Assembly (NCBI GenBank): GCA_964016885.1
Contig: OZ024741.1
Span: forward strand, 7,750,001-7,814,000
Origin: Eledone cirrhosa
Lineage: Eukaryota
Direction of reading: 5' to 3'
Length of the DNA: 64,000 bases
Numbering within the stretch: position 1 is the first letter of the stretch; each line of letters opens with the position of its first letter. The position numbers and the translations under genes were made by a program. A model generated the notes under the pieces. That model did not search any database and was not told the origin of the DNA. It saw only the letters and a program-made list of their open reading frames with translations. Shown here one piece after another: positions 1-12,000 of this stretch.

Positions 1-3000
1 GATGGAAGGGAGAGTGTAAGGTTTACCGTATGGTGAAGGGTGTGTTGGTAAGATGGAAGGCAGAGTAAGGTTTACCGTATGGTGAAGGGTGTGTTGGTAA
101 GATGGAAGGGAGAGTAAGGTTTACTGCATGGTGAAGGGTGTGTTGGTAAGATGGAAGGGAGAGTAAGGTTTACCGTATTGTCTGGGTGTGTTGGTAAGAT
201 GGAAGGGAGAGTAAGGTTTACTGTATGGTGAAGGGTGTGTTGGTAAGATGGAAGGGAGAGTAAGGTTTACCGTATGGTGAAGGGTGTGTTGGTAAGATGG
301 ATGGGAGAGTAAGGTTTACCGTATGGTGAAGGGTGTGTTGGTAAGATGGAAGGGAGAGTAAGGTTTACTGTATGGTGAAGGGTGTGTTGGTAAGATGGAA
401 GGGAGAGTAAGGTTTACCGTATGGTGAAGGGTGTGTTGGTAAGATGGAAGGGAGAGTAAGGTTTACTGTATGGTGAAGGGTGTATTGGTAAGATGGAAGG
501 GAGAGTAAGGTTTACCGTATGGTGAACGGTGTGTTGGTAAGCTGGAAGGGAGAGTAAGGTTTACTGTATGGTGATGGGTGTGTTGGTAAGATGGGAGGGA
601 GAGTAAGGTTTACTGTATGCTGAAGGGTCTGTTGGTAAGATGGAAGGGAGAGAGTAAGGTTTACTGTATGGTGAAGGATGTGTTGGTAAGATGGGAGGGA
701 GAGTAAGGTTTACTGTATGGTGAAGGGTGTGTTGGTAAGATGGAAGGGAGAGTAAGGTTTACTGTATGGTGAAGGGTGTGTTGGTAAGATGGAAGGGAGA
801 GTAAGGTTTACTGTGTGGTGAAGGGAGTGTTGGTAAGATGGAAGGGAGAGTGTAAGGTTTACTGTATGGTGAAGGGTGTGTTGGTAAGATGGAAGGGAAA
901 GTAAGGTTTACTGTATGGTGAAGGGTGTGTTGGTAAGATGGAAGGGAGAGTAAGGTTTACTGTGTGGTGAAGGGTGTGTTAGTAAGATGGAAGGGAGAGT
1001 GTAAGGTTTACTGTATGGTGAAGGGTGTGTTGGTAAGATGGAAGGGAGAGTAAGGTTTACTGTATGGTGAAGGGTGTGTTGGTTAGATGGAAGGGAGAGT
1101 GTAAGGTTTACCGTATGGTGAAGGGTGTGTTGGTAAGATGGAAGGCAGAGTAAGGTTTACCGTATGGTGAAGGGTGTGTTGGTAAGATGGAAGGGAGAGT
1201 AAGGTTTACTGCATGGTGAAGGGTGTGTTGGTAAGATGGAAGGGAGAGTAAGGTTTACCGTATTGTCTGGGTGTGTTGGTAAGATGGAAGGGAGAGTAAG
1301 GTTTACTGTATGGTGAAGGGTGTGTTGGTAAGATGGAAGGGAGAGTAAGGTTTACCGTATGGTGAAGGGTGTGTTGGTAAGATGGATGGGAGAGTAAGGT
1401 TTACCGTATGGTGAAGGGTGTGTTGGTAAGAGGGAAGGGAGAGTAAGGTTTACTGTATGGTGAAGGGTGTGTTGGTAAGATGGAAGGGAGAGTAAGGTTT
1501 ACCGTATGGTGAAGGGTGTGTTGGTAAGATGGAAGGGAGAGTAAGGTTTACTGTATGGTGAAGGGTGTATTGGTAAGATGGAAGGGAGAGTAAGGTTTAC
1601 CGTATGGTGAACGGTGTGTTGGTAAGCTGGAAGGGAGAGTAAGGTTTACTGTATGGTGAAGGGTGTGTTGGTAAGATGGAAGGGAGAGTAAGGTTTACTG
1701 TATGGTGAAGGGTGTGTTGGTAAGATGGAAGGGAGAGTAAGGTTTACCGTATGGTGAAGGGTGTGTTGGTAAGATGGAAGGGAGAGTAAGATTTACCGTA
1801 TGGTGAAGGGTGTGTTGGTAAGATGGAAGGGAGAGTAAGGTTTACTGTGTGGTGAAGGGTGTGTTGGTAAGATGGAAGGGAGAGTGTAAGGTTTACTGTA
1901 TGGTGAAGGGTGTGTTGGTAAGATTTGAGGGAGAGTAAGGTTTACTGTATGGTGAAGGGTGTATTGGTAAGATGGAAGGGAGAGTAAGGTTTACCGTATG
2001 GTGAAGGGTGTGTTGGTAAGATGGAAGGGAGAGTAAGGTTTACTGTATGATGAAGGGTGTATTGGTAAGATGGAAGGGAGAGTAAGGTTTACCGTATGGT
2101 GAAGGGTGTGTTGGTAAGATGGAAGGGAGAGTAAGGTTTACTATATGGTGAAGGGTGTGTTGGTAAGATGGAAGGGAGAGTAAGGTTTACCGTATGGTGA
2201 AGGGTGTGTTGGTAAGATGGAAGGGAGAGTGTAAGGTTTACTGTATGGTGAAGGGTGTGTTGGTAAGATGGAAGGGAGAGTGTAAGGTTTACTGTATGGT
2301 GAAGGGTGTGTTGGTAAGATGGAAGAGAGAATGTAACGTTTACTGTATGGTGAAGGGTGTGTTGGTAAGATGGAAGGGAGAGTGTAAGGTTTACTGTATG
2401 GTGAAGGGTGTGTTGGTAAGATGGAAGGGAGAGTGTAAGGTTTACTGTATGGTGAAGGGTGTGTTGGTAAGATGGAAGGGAGAGTAAGGTTTACTGTATG
2501 GTGAAGGGTGGGTTGGTAAGATGTAAGGGAGAGTGTAAGGTTTACTGTATGGTGAAGGGTGTGTTGGTAAGATGGAAGGCAGAGTAAGGTTTACCGTATG
2601 GTGAAGGGTGTGTTGGTAAGATGGGAGGGAGAGTAAGGTTTACTGCATGGTGATGGGTGTGTTGGTAAGATGGGAGGGAGAGTAAGGTTTACTGTATGCT
2701 GAAGGGTCTGTTGGTAAGATGGAAGGGAGAGAGTAAGGTTTACTGTATGGTGAAGGGTGTGTTGGTAAGATGGAAGGGAGAGTAAGGTTTACTGTATGGT
2801 GAAGGGTGTGTTGGTAAGATGGAAGGGAGAGTAAGGTTTACTGTGTGGTGAAGGGAGTGTTGGTAAGATGGAAGGGAGAGTGTAAGGTTTACTGTATGGT
2901 GAAGGGTGTGTTGGTAAGATGGAAGGGAAAGTAAGGTTTACTGTATGGTGAAGGGTGTGTTGGTAAGATGGAAGGGAGAGTAAGGTTTACTGTGTGGTGA

Positions 3001-6000
3001 AGGGTGTGTTAGTAAGATGGAAGGGAGAGTGTAAGGTTTACTGTATGGTGAAGGGTGTGTTGGTAAGATGGAAGGGAGAGTAAGGTTTACTGTATGGTGA
3101 AGGGTGTGTTGGTAAGATGGAAGGGAGAGTAAGGTTTACTGTATGGTGAAGGGTGTGTTGGTTAGATGGAAGGGAGAGTGTAAGGTTTACCGTATGGTGA
3201 AGGGTGTGTTGGTAAGATGGAAGGCAGAGTAAGGTTTACCGTATGGTGAAGGGTGTGTTGGTAAGATGGAAGGGAGAGTAAGGTTTACTGCATGGTGAAG
3301 GGTGTGTTGGTAAGATGGAAGGGAGAGTAAGGTTTACCGTATTGTCTGGGTGTGTTGGTAAGATGGAAGGGAGAGTAAGGTTTACTGTATGGTGAAGGGT
3401 GTGTTGGTAAGATGGAAGGGAGAGTAAGGTTTACCGTATGGTGAAGGGTGTGTTGGTAAGATGGATGGGAGAGTAAGGTTTACCGTATGGTGAAGGGTGT
3501 GTTGGTAAGATGGAAGGGAGAGTAAGGTTTACCGTATGGTGAAGGGTGTGTTGGTAAGATGGAAGGGAGAGTAAGGTTTACTGTATGGTGAAGGGTGTAT
3601 TGGTAAGATGGAAGGGAGAGTAAGGTTTACCGTATGGTGAACGGTGTGTTGGTAAGCTGGAAGGGAGAGTAAGGTTTACTGTATGGTGAAGGGTGTGTTG
3701 GTAAGATGGAAGGGAGAGTAAGGTTTACTGTATGGTGAAGGGTGTGTTGGTAAGATGGAAGGGAGAGTAAGGTTTACCGTATGGTGAAGGGTGTGTTGGT
3801 AAGATGGAAGGGAGAGTAAGGTTTACTGTGTGGTGAAGGGTGTGTTGGTAAGATGGAAGGGAGAGTGTAAGGTTTACTGTATGGTGAAGGGCGTGTTGGT
3901 AAGATTTGAGGGAGAGTAAGGTTTACTGTATGGTGAAGGGTGTATTGGTAAGATGGAAGGGAGAGTAAGGTTTACCGTATGGTGAAGGGTGTGTTGGTAA
4001 GATGGAAGGGAGAGTAAGGTTTACTGTATGGTGAAGGGTGTATTGGTAAATGGAAGGGAGAGTAAGGTTTACCGTATGGTGAAGGGTGTGTTGGTAAGAT
4101 GGAAGGGAGAGTAAGGTTTACTGTATGGTGAAGGGTGTGTTGGTAAGATGGAAGGGAGAGTAAGGTTTACCGTATGGTGAAGGGTGTGTTGGTAAGATGG
4201 AAGGGAGAGTGTAAGGTTTACTGTATGGTGAAGGGTGTGTTGGTAAGATGGAAGGGAGAGTGTAAGGTTTACTGTATGGTGAAGGGTGTGTTGGTAAGAT
4301 GGAAGAGAGAGTGTAACGTTTACTGTATGGTGAAGGGTGTGTTGGTAAGATGGAAGGGAGAGTGTAAGGTTTACTGTATGGTGAAGGGTGTGTTGGTAAG
4401 ATGGAAGGGAGAGTGTAAGGTTTACTGTATGGTGAAGGGTGTGTTGGTAAGATGGAAGGGAGAGTAAGGTTTACTGTATGGTGAAGGGTGGCTTGGTAAG
4501 ATGTAAGGGAGAGTGTAAGGTTTACTGTATGGTGAAGGGTGTGTTGGTAAGATGGAAGGGAGAGTGCAGGTTTACTGTATGGTGAAGGGTGTGTTGGTAA
4601 GATGGAAGGGAGAGTAAGGTTTACAGTATGGTGAAGGGTGTGTTGGTAAGATGGAAGGGAGAGTAAGGTTTACTGTATGGTGAAGGGTGTGTTGGTTAGA
4701 TGGAAGTGAGAGTGTAAGGTTTACCGTATGGTGAAGGGTGTGTTGGTAAGATGGAAGGCAGAGTAAGGTTTACCGTATGGTGAAGGGTGTGTTGGTAAGA
4801 TGGAAGGGAGAATAAGGTTTACTGTATGGTGAAGGGTGTGTTGGTAAGATGGAAGGGAGAGTAAGGTTTACCGTATTGTCTGGGTGTGTTGGTAAGATGG
4901 AAGGGAGAGTAAAGTTTACTGTATGGTGAAGGGTGTGTTGGTAAGATGGAAGGGAGGGTATGGTTTACCGTATGGTGAAGGGTGTGTTGGTAAGACGGAA
5001 GGGAGAGTGTACGGTTTACTGTATGGTGAAGGGTGTGTTGGTAAGATGGAGGGAGAGTCAGGTTTACTGTATGGTGAAGGGTGTGTTGGTAAGATGGAAT
5101 GGAGAGTCAGGTTTACTGTATGGTGAAGGGTGTGTTGGTAAGATGGAAGGGGGAGTAAGGTTTACTGTATGGTGAAGGGTGTGTTGGTAAGACGGAAGGG
5201 AGAGTGTACGGTTTACTGTATGGTGAAGGGTGTGTTGGTAAGATGGAAGGGAGAGTCAGGTTTACTGTATGGTGAAGGGTGTGTTGGTAAGATGGAAGGG
5301 AGAGTAAGGTTTACCGTATGGTGAACGGTGTGTTGGTAAGCTGGAAGGGAGAGTAAGGTTTACTGTATGGTGAAGGGTGTGTTGGTAAGATGGAAGGGAG
5401 AGTAAGGTTTACTGTATGGTGAAGGGTGTGTTGGTAAGATGGAAGGGAGAGTAAGGTTTACCGTATGGTGAAGGGTGTGTTGGTAAGATGGAAGGCAGAG
5501 TAAGGTTTACCGTATGGTGAAGGGTGTGTTGGTAAGATGGAAGGGAGAATAAGGTTTACTGTATGGTGAAGGGTGTGTTGGTAAGATGGAAGGGAGAGTA
5601 AGGTTTACCGTATTGTCTGGGTGTGTTGGTAAGATGGAAGGGAGAGTAAAGTTTACTGTATGGTGAAGGGTGTGTTGGTAAGATGGAAGGGAGGGTATGG
5701 TTTACCGTATGGTGAAGGGTGTGTTGGTAAGACGGAAGGGAGAGTGTACGGTTTACTGTATGGTGAAGGGTGTGTTGGTAAGATGGAGGGGAGAGTCAGG
5801 TTTACTGTATGGTGAAGGGTGTGTTGGTAAGATGGAAGGGAGAGTCAGGTTTACTGTATGGTGAAGGGTGTGTTGGTAAGATGGAAGGGGGAGTAAGGTT
5901 TACTGTATGGTGAAGGGTGTGTTGGTAAGACGGAAGGGAGAGTGTACGGTTTACTGTATGGTGAAGGGTGTGTTGGTAAGCTGGAAGGGAGAGTAAGGTT

Positions 6001-9000
6001 TACCGTATGGTGAACGGTGTGTTGGTAAGCTGGAAGGGAGAGTAAGGTTTACTGTATGGTGAAGGGTGTGTTGGTAAGATGGAAGGGAGAGTAAGGTTTA
6101 CTGTATGGTGAAGGGTGTGTTGGTAAGATGGAAGGGAGAGTAAGGTTTACCGTATGGTGAAGGGTGTGTTGGTAAGATGGAAGGGAGAGTAAGATTTACC
6201 GTATGGTGAAGGGTGTGTTGGTAAGATGGAAGGGAGAGTAAGGTTTACTGTGTGGTGAAGGGTGTGTTGGTAAGATGGAAGGGAGAGTGTAAGGTTTACT
6301 GTATGGTGAAGGGTGTGTTGGTAAGATTTGAGGGAGAGTAAGGTTTACTGTATGGTGAAGGGTGTATTGGTAAGATGGAAGGGAGAGTAAGGTTTACCGT
6401 ATGGTGAAGGGTGTGTTGGTAAGATGGAAGGGAGAGTAAGGTTTACTGTATGGTGAAGGGTGTATTGGTAAATGGAAGGGAGAGTAAGGTTTACCGTATG
6501 GTGAAGGGTGTGTTGGTAAGATGGAAGGGAGAGTAAGGTTTACTGTATGGTGAAGGGTGTGTTGGTAAGATGGAAGGGAGAGTAAGGTTTACCGTATGGT
6601 GAAGGGTGTGTTGGTAAGATGGAAGGGAGAGTGTAAGGTTTACTGTATGGTGAAGGGTGTGTTGGTAAGATGGAAGGGAGAGTGTAAGGTTTACTGTATG
6701 GTGAAGGGTGTGTTGGTAAGATGGAAGAGAGAGTGTAACGTTTACTGTATGGTGAAGGGTGTGTTGGTAAGATGGAAGGGAGAGTGTAAGGTTTACTGTA
6801 TGGTGAAGTGTGTGTTGGTAAGATGGAAGGGAGAGTGTAAGGTTTACTGTATGGTGAAGGGTGTGTTGGTAAGATGGAAGGGAGAGTAAGGTTTACTGTA
6901 TGGTGAAGGGTGGCTTGGTAAGATGTAAGGGAGAGTGTAAGGTTTACTGTATGGTGAAGGGTGTGTTGGTAAGATGGAAGGGAGAGTGCAGGTTTACTGT
7001 ATGGTGAAGGGTGTGTTGGTAAGATGGAAGGGAGAGTAAGGTTTACAGTATGGTGAAGGGTGTGTTGGTAAGATGGAAGGGAGAGTAAGGTTTACTGTAT
7101 GGTGAAGGGTGTGTTGGTTAGATGGAAGTGAGAGTGTAAGGTTTACCGTATGGTGAAGGGTGTGTTGGTAAGATGGAAGGCAGAGTAAGGTTTACCGTAT
7201 GGTGAAGGGTGTGTTGGTAAGATGGAAGGGAGAGTAAGGTTTACTGTATGGTGAAGGGTGTGTTGGTAAGATGGAAGGGAGAGTAAGGTTTACCGTATTG
7301 TCTGGGTGTGTTGGTAAGATGGAAGGGAGAGTAAAGTTTACTGTATGGTGAAGGGTGTGTTGGTAAGATGGAAGGGAGGGTATGGTTTACTGTATGGTGA
7401 AGGGTGTGTTGGTAAGACGGAAGGGAGAGTGTACGGTTTACTGTATGGTGAAGGGTGTGTTGGTAAGATGGAGGGGAGAGTCAGGTTTACTGTATGGTGA
7501 AGGGTGTGTTGGTAAGATGGAAGGGAGAGTAAGGTTTACTGTATGGTGAAGGGTGTGTTGGTAAGATGGAAGGGAGAGTGTAAGGTTTACTGTATGGTGA
7601 AGGGTGTGTTGGTAAGATGGAAGGGGGAGTAAGGTTTACTGTATGGTGAAGGGTGTGTTGGTAAGATGGAAGGGAGAGTGTAAGGTTTACTGTATGGTGA
7701 AGGGTGTGTTGGTAAGATGGAAGAGAGAATGTAACGTTTACTGTATGGTGAAGGGGGTGTTGGTAAGATGGAAGGGAGAGTGTAAGCTTTACTGTATGGT
7801 GAAGGGTGTTTTGGTAAGATGGAAGGGAGAGTGTAAGGTTTACTGTATGGTGAAGGGTGTGTTGGTAAGATGGAAGGGAGAGTAAGGTTTACTGTATGGC
7901 GAAGGGTGTGTTGGTAAGATGTAAGGGAGAGTGTAAGGTTTACTGTATGATAAAAGGTGTGTTGGTAAGATGGAAGGGAGAGTGTAAGGTTTACTGTATG
8001 GTGAAGGGTGTGTTGGTAAGTTGGAAGGGAGAGTAAGGTTTACCGTATGGTGAAGGGTGTGTTGGTAAGGTGGAAGAGAGAGTAAGGTTTACCGTATGGT
8101 GAAGGGTGTGTTGGTAAGATGGAAGGGAGAGTAAGGTTCACTGTATGGTGAAGGGTGTGTTGGTAAGATGGAAGGGAGAGTAAGGTTTACTGTATTGTGA
8201 AGGGTATGTTGGTAAGATGGGAGGGAGAGTAATGTTTATCGTATGGTGAAGGGTGTGTTGGTAAGATGGAAGGGAGAGTAAGGTTTACTGTATGGTGAAG
8301 GGTGTGTTGGTAAGATGGAAGGGAGAGTAATGTTTACTGTATGGTGAAGGGTGTGTTGGTAAGATGGAAGGGAGAGTAAGGTTTACTGTATGGTGAAGGG
8401 TGTGTTGGTAAGATGGAAGGGAGAGTAAGGTTTACTGTATGGTGAAGGGTGTGTTGGTAAGATGGAAGGGAGAGTAAGGTTTACTGTATGGTGAAGGGTG
8501 TGTTGGTAAGATGGCCGGGAGAGTAAGGTTTACTGTATGGTGAAGGGTGTATTGGTAAGATGGAAGGGAGAGTAAGGTTTACTGTATGGTGAAGGGTGTG
8601 TTGGTAAGATGGAAGGGAGAGTAAGGTTTACTGTATGGTGAAGGGTGTGTTGGTAAGATGGAAGGGAGAGTAAGGTTTACTGTATGGTGAAGGGTGTGTT
8701 GGTTAGATGGAAGGGAGAGTAAGGTTTACTGTATTGTGAAGGGTATGTTGGTAAGATGGGAGGGAGAGTAATGTTTATCGTATGGTGAAGAGTGTGTTGG
8801 TAAGATGGAAGGGAGAGTAAGGTTTACTGTATGGTGAAGGGTGTGTTGGTAAGATGGAAGGGAGAGTAATGTTTACTGTATGGTGAAGGGTGTGTTGGTA
8901 AGATGGAAGGGAGAGTAAGGTTTACTGTATGGTGAAGGGTGTGTTGGTAAGATGGAAGGGAGAGTAAGGTTTACTGTATGGTGAAGGGTGTGTTGGTAAG

Positions 9001-12000
9001 ATGGAAGGGAGAGTAAGGTTTACTGTATTGTGAAGGGTATGTTGGTAAGATGGGAGGGAGAGTAATGTTTACCGTATGGTGAAGGGTGTGTTGGTAAGAT
9101 GGAAGGGAGAGTAAGGTTTACTGTATGGTGAAGGGTGTGTTGGTAAGATGGAAGGGAGAGTGTAAGGTTTACTGTATAGTGAAGGGTGTGTTGGTAAGAT
9201 GGAAGGGAGAGTGTAAGGTTTACTGTATGGTGAAGGGTGTGTTGGTAAGATGGAAGAGAGAGTGTAACGTTTACTGTATGGTGAAGGGTGTGTTGGTAAG
9301 ATGGAAGGGAGAGTGTAAGGTTTACCGTATGATGAAGGGTGTGTTGGTAAGATGGAAGGGAGAGTAAGGTTTACTGTATGGTGAAGGGTGTGTTGGTAAG
9401 ATGGAAGGGAGAGTGTAAGGTTTACTGTATGGTGAAGGGTGTGTTGGTAAGATGGAAGAGAGAATGTAACGTTTACTGTATGGTGAAGGGGGTGTTGGTA
9501 AGATGGAAGGGAGAGTGTAAGCTTTACTGTATGGTGAAGGGTGTGTTGGTAAGATGGAAGGGAGAGTGTAAGGTTTACTGTATGGTGAAGGGTGTGTTGG
9601 TAAGATGGAAGGGAGAGTAAGGTTTACTGTATGGCGAAGGGTGTGTTGGTAAGATGTAAGGGAGAGTGTAAGGTTTACTGTATGATAAAAGGTGTGTTGG
9701 TAAGATGGAAGGGAGAGTGTAAGGTTTACTGTATGGTGAAGGGTGTGTTGGTAAGATGGAAGGGAGAGTAAGGTTTACCGTATGGTGAAGGGTGTGTTGG
9801 TAAGGTGGAAGAGAGAGTAAGGTTTACCGTATGGTGAAGGGTGTGTTGGTAAGATGGAAGGGAGAGTAAGGTTCACTGTATGGTGAAGGGTGTGTTGGTA
9901 AGATGGAAGGGAGAGTAAGGTTTACTGTATTGTGAAGGGTATGTTGGTAAGATGGGAGGGAGAGTAATGTTTATCGTATGGTGAAGGGTGTGTTGGTAAG
10001 ATGGAAGGGAGAGTAAGGTTTACTGTATGGTGAAGGGTGTGTTGGTAAGATGGAAGGGAGAGTAATGTTTACTGTATGGTGAAGGGTGTGTTGGTAAGAT
10101 GGAAGGGAGAGTAAGGTTTACTGTATGGTGAAGGGTGTGTTGGTAAGATGGAAGGGAGAGTAAGGTTTACTGTATGGTGAAGGGTGTGTTGGTAAGATGG
10201 AAGGGAGAGTAAGGTTTACTGTATGGTGAAGGGTGTGTTGGTAAGATGGCCGGGAGAGTAAGGTTTACTGTATGGTGAAGGGTGTATTGGTAAGATGGAA
10301 GGGAGAGTAAGGTTTACTGTATGGTGAAGGGTGTGTTGGTAAGATGGAAGGGAGAGTAAGGTTTACTGTATCGTGAAGGGTGTGTTGGTAAGATGGAAGG
10401 GAGAGTAAGGTTTACTGTATGGTGAAGGGTGTGTTGGTAAGATGGAAGGGAGAGTAAGGTTTACTGTATTGTGAAGGGTATGTTGGTAAGATGGGAGGGA
10501 GAGTAATGTTTATCGTATGGTGAAGGGTGTGTTGGTAAGATGGAAGGGAGAGTAAGGTTTACTGTATGGTGAAGGGTGTGTTGGTAAGATGGAAGGGAGA
10601 GTAATGTTTACTGTATGGTGAAGGGTGTGTTGGTAAGATGGAAGGGAGAGTAAGGTTTACTGTATGGTGAAGGGTGTGTTGGTAAGATGGAAGGGAGAGT
10701 AAGGTTTACTGTATGGTGAAGGGTGTGTTGGTAAGATGGAAGGGAGAGTAAGGTTTACTGTATTGTGAAGGGTATGTTGGTAAGATGGGAGGGAGAGTAA
10801 TGTTTACCGTATGGTGAAGGGTGTGTTGGTAAGATGGAAGGGAGAGTAAGGTTTACTGTATGGTGAAGGGTGTGTTGGTAAGATGGAAGGGAGAGTGTAA
10901 GGTTTACTGTATAGTGAAGGGTGTGTTGGTAAGATGGAAGGGAGAGTGTAAGGTTTACTGTATGGTGAAGGGTGTGTTGGTAAGATGGAAGAGAGAGTGT
11001 AACGTTTACTGTATGGTGAAGGGTGTGTTGGTAAGATGGAAGGGAGAGTGTAAGGTTTACCGTATGTTGAAGGGTGTGTTGGTAAGATGGAAGGGAGAGT
11101 AAGGTTTACTGTATGGTGAAGGGTGTATTGGTAAGATGGAAGGGAGAGTAAGGTTTACCGTATGGTGAAGGGTGTGTTGGTAAGATGGAAGGGAGAGTGT
11201 AAGGTTTACTGTATGGTGAAGGGTGTGTTGGTAAGATGGAAGGGAGAGTGTAAGGTTTACTGTATGGTGAAGGGTGTGTTGGTAAGATGGTAGAGAGAGT
11301 GTAACGTTTACTGTATGGTGAAGGGTGTGTTGGTAAGATGGAAGGGAGAGTGTAAGGTTTACTGTATGGTGAAGGGTGTGTTGGTAAGATGGAAGGGAGA
11401 GTAAGGTTTACTGTATGGTGAAGGGTGGGTTGGTAAGATGTAAGGGAGAGTGTAAGGTTTACTGTATGGTGAAGGGTGTGTTGGTAAGATGGAAGGGAGA
11501 GTGTAGGTTTACTGTATGGTGAAGGGTGTGTTGGTAAGATGGAAGGGAGAGTAAGGTTTACTGTATGGTGAAGGGTGTGTTGGTAAGATGGAAGGGAGAG
11601 TAAGGTTTACTGTATGGTGAAGGGTGTGTTGGTTAGATGGAAGTGAGAGTGTAAGGTTTACCGTATGGTGAAGGGTGTGTTGGTAAGATGGAAGGCAGAG
11701 TAAGGTTTACCGTATGGTGAAGGGTGTGTTGGTAAGATGGAAGGGAGAGTAAGGTTTACTGTATGGTGAAGGGTGTGTTGGTAAGATGGAAGGGAGAGTA
11801 AGGTTTACCGTATTGTCTGGGTGTGTTGGTAAGATGGAAGGGAGAGTAAGGTTTACTGTATGGTGAAGGGTGTGTTGGTAAGATGGAAGGGAGGGTAAGG
11901 TTTACTGTATGGTGAAGGGTGTGTTGGTAAGACGGAAGGGAGAGTGTACGGTTTACTCTATGGTGAAGGGTGTGTTGGTAAGATGGAGGGGAGAGTCAGG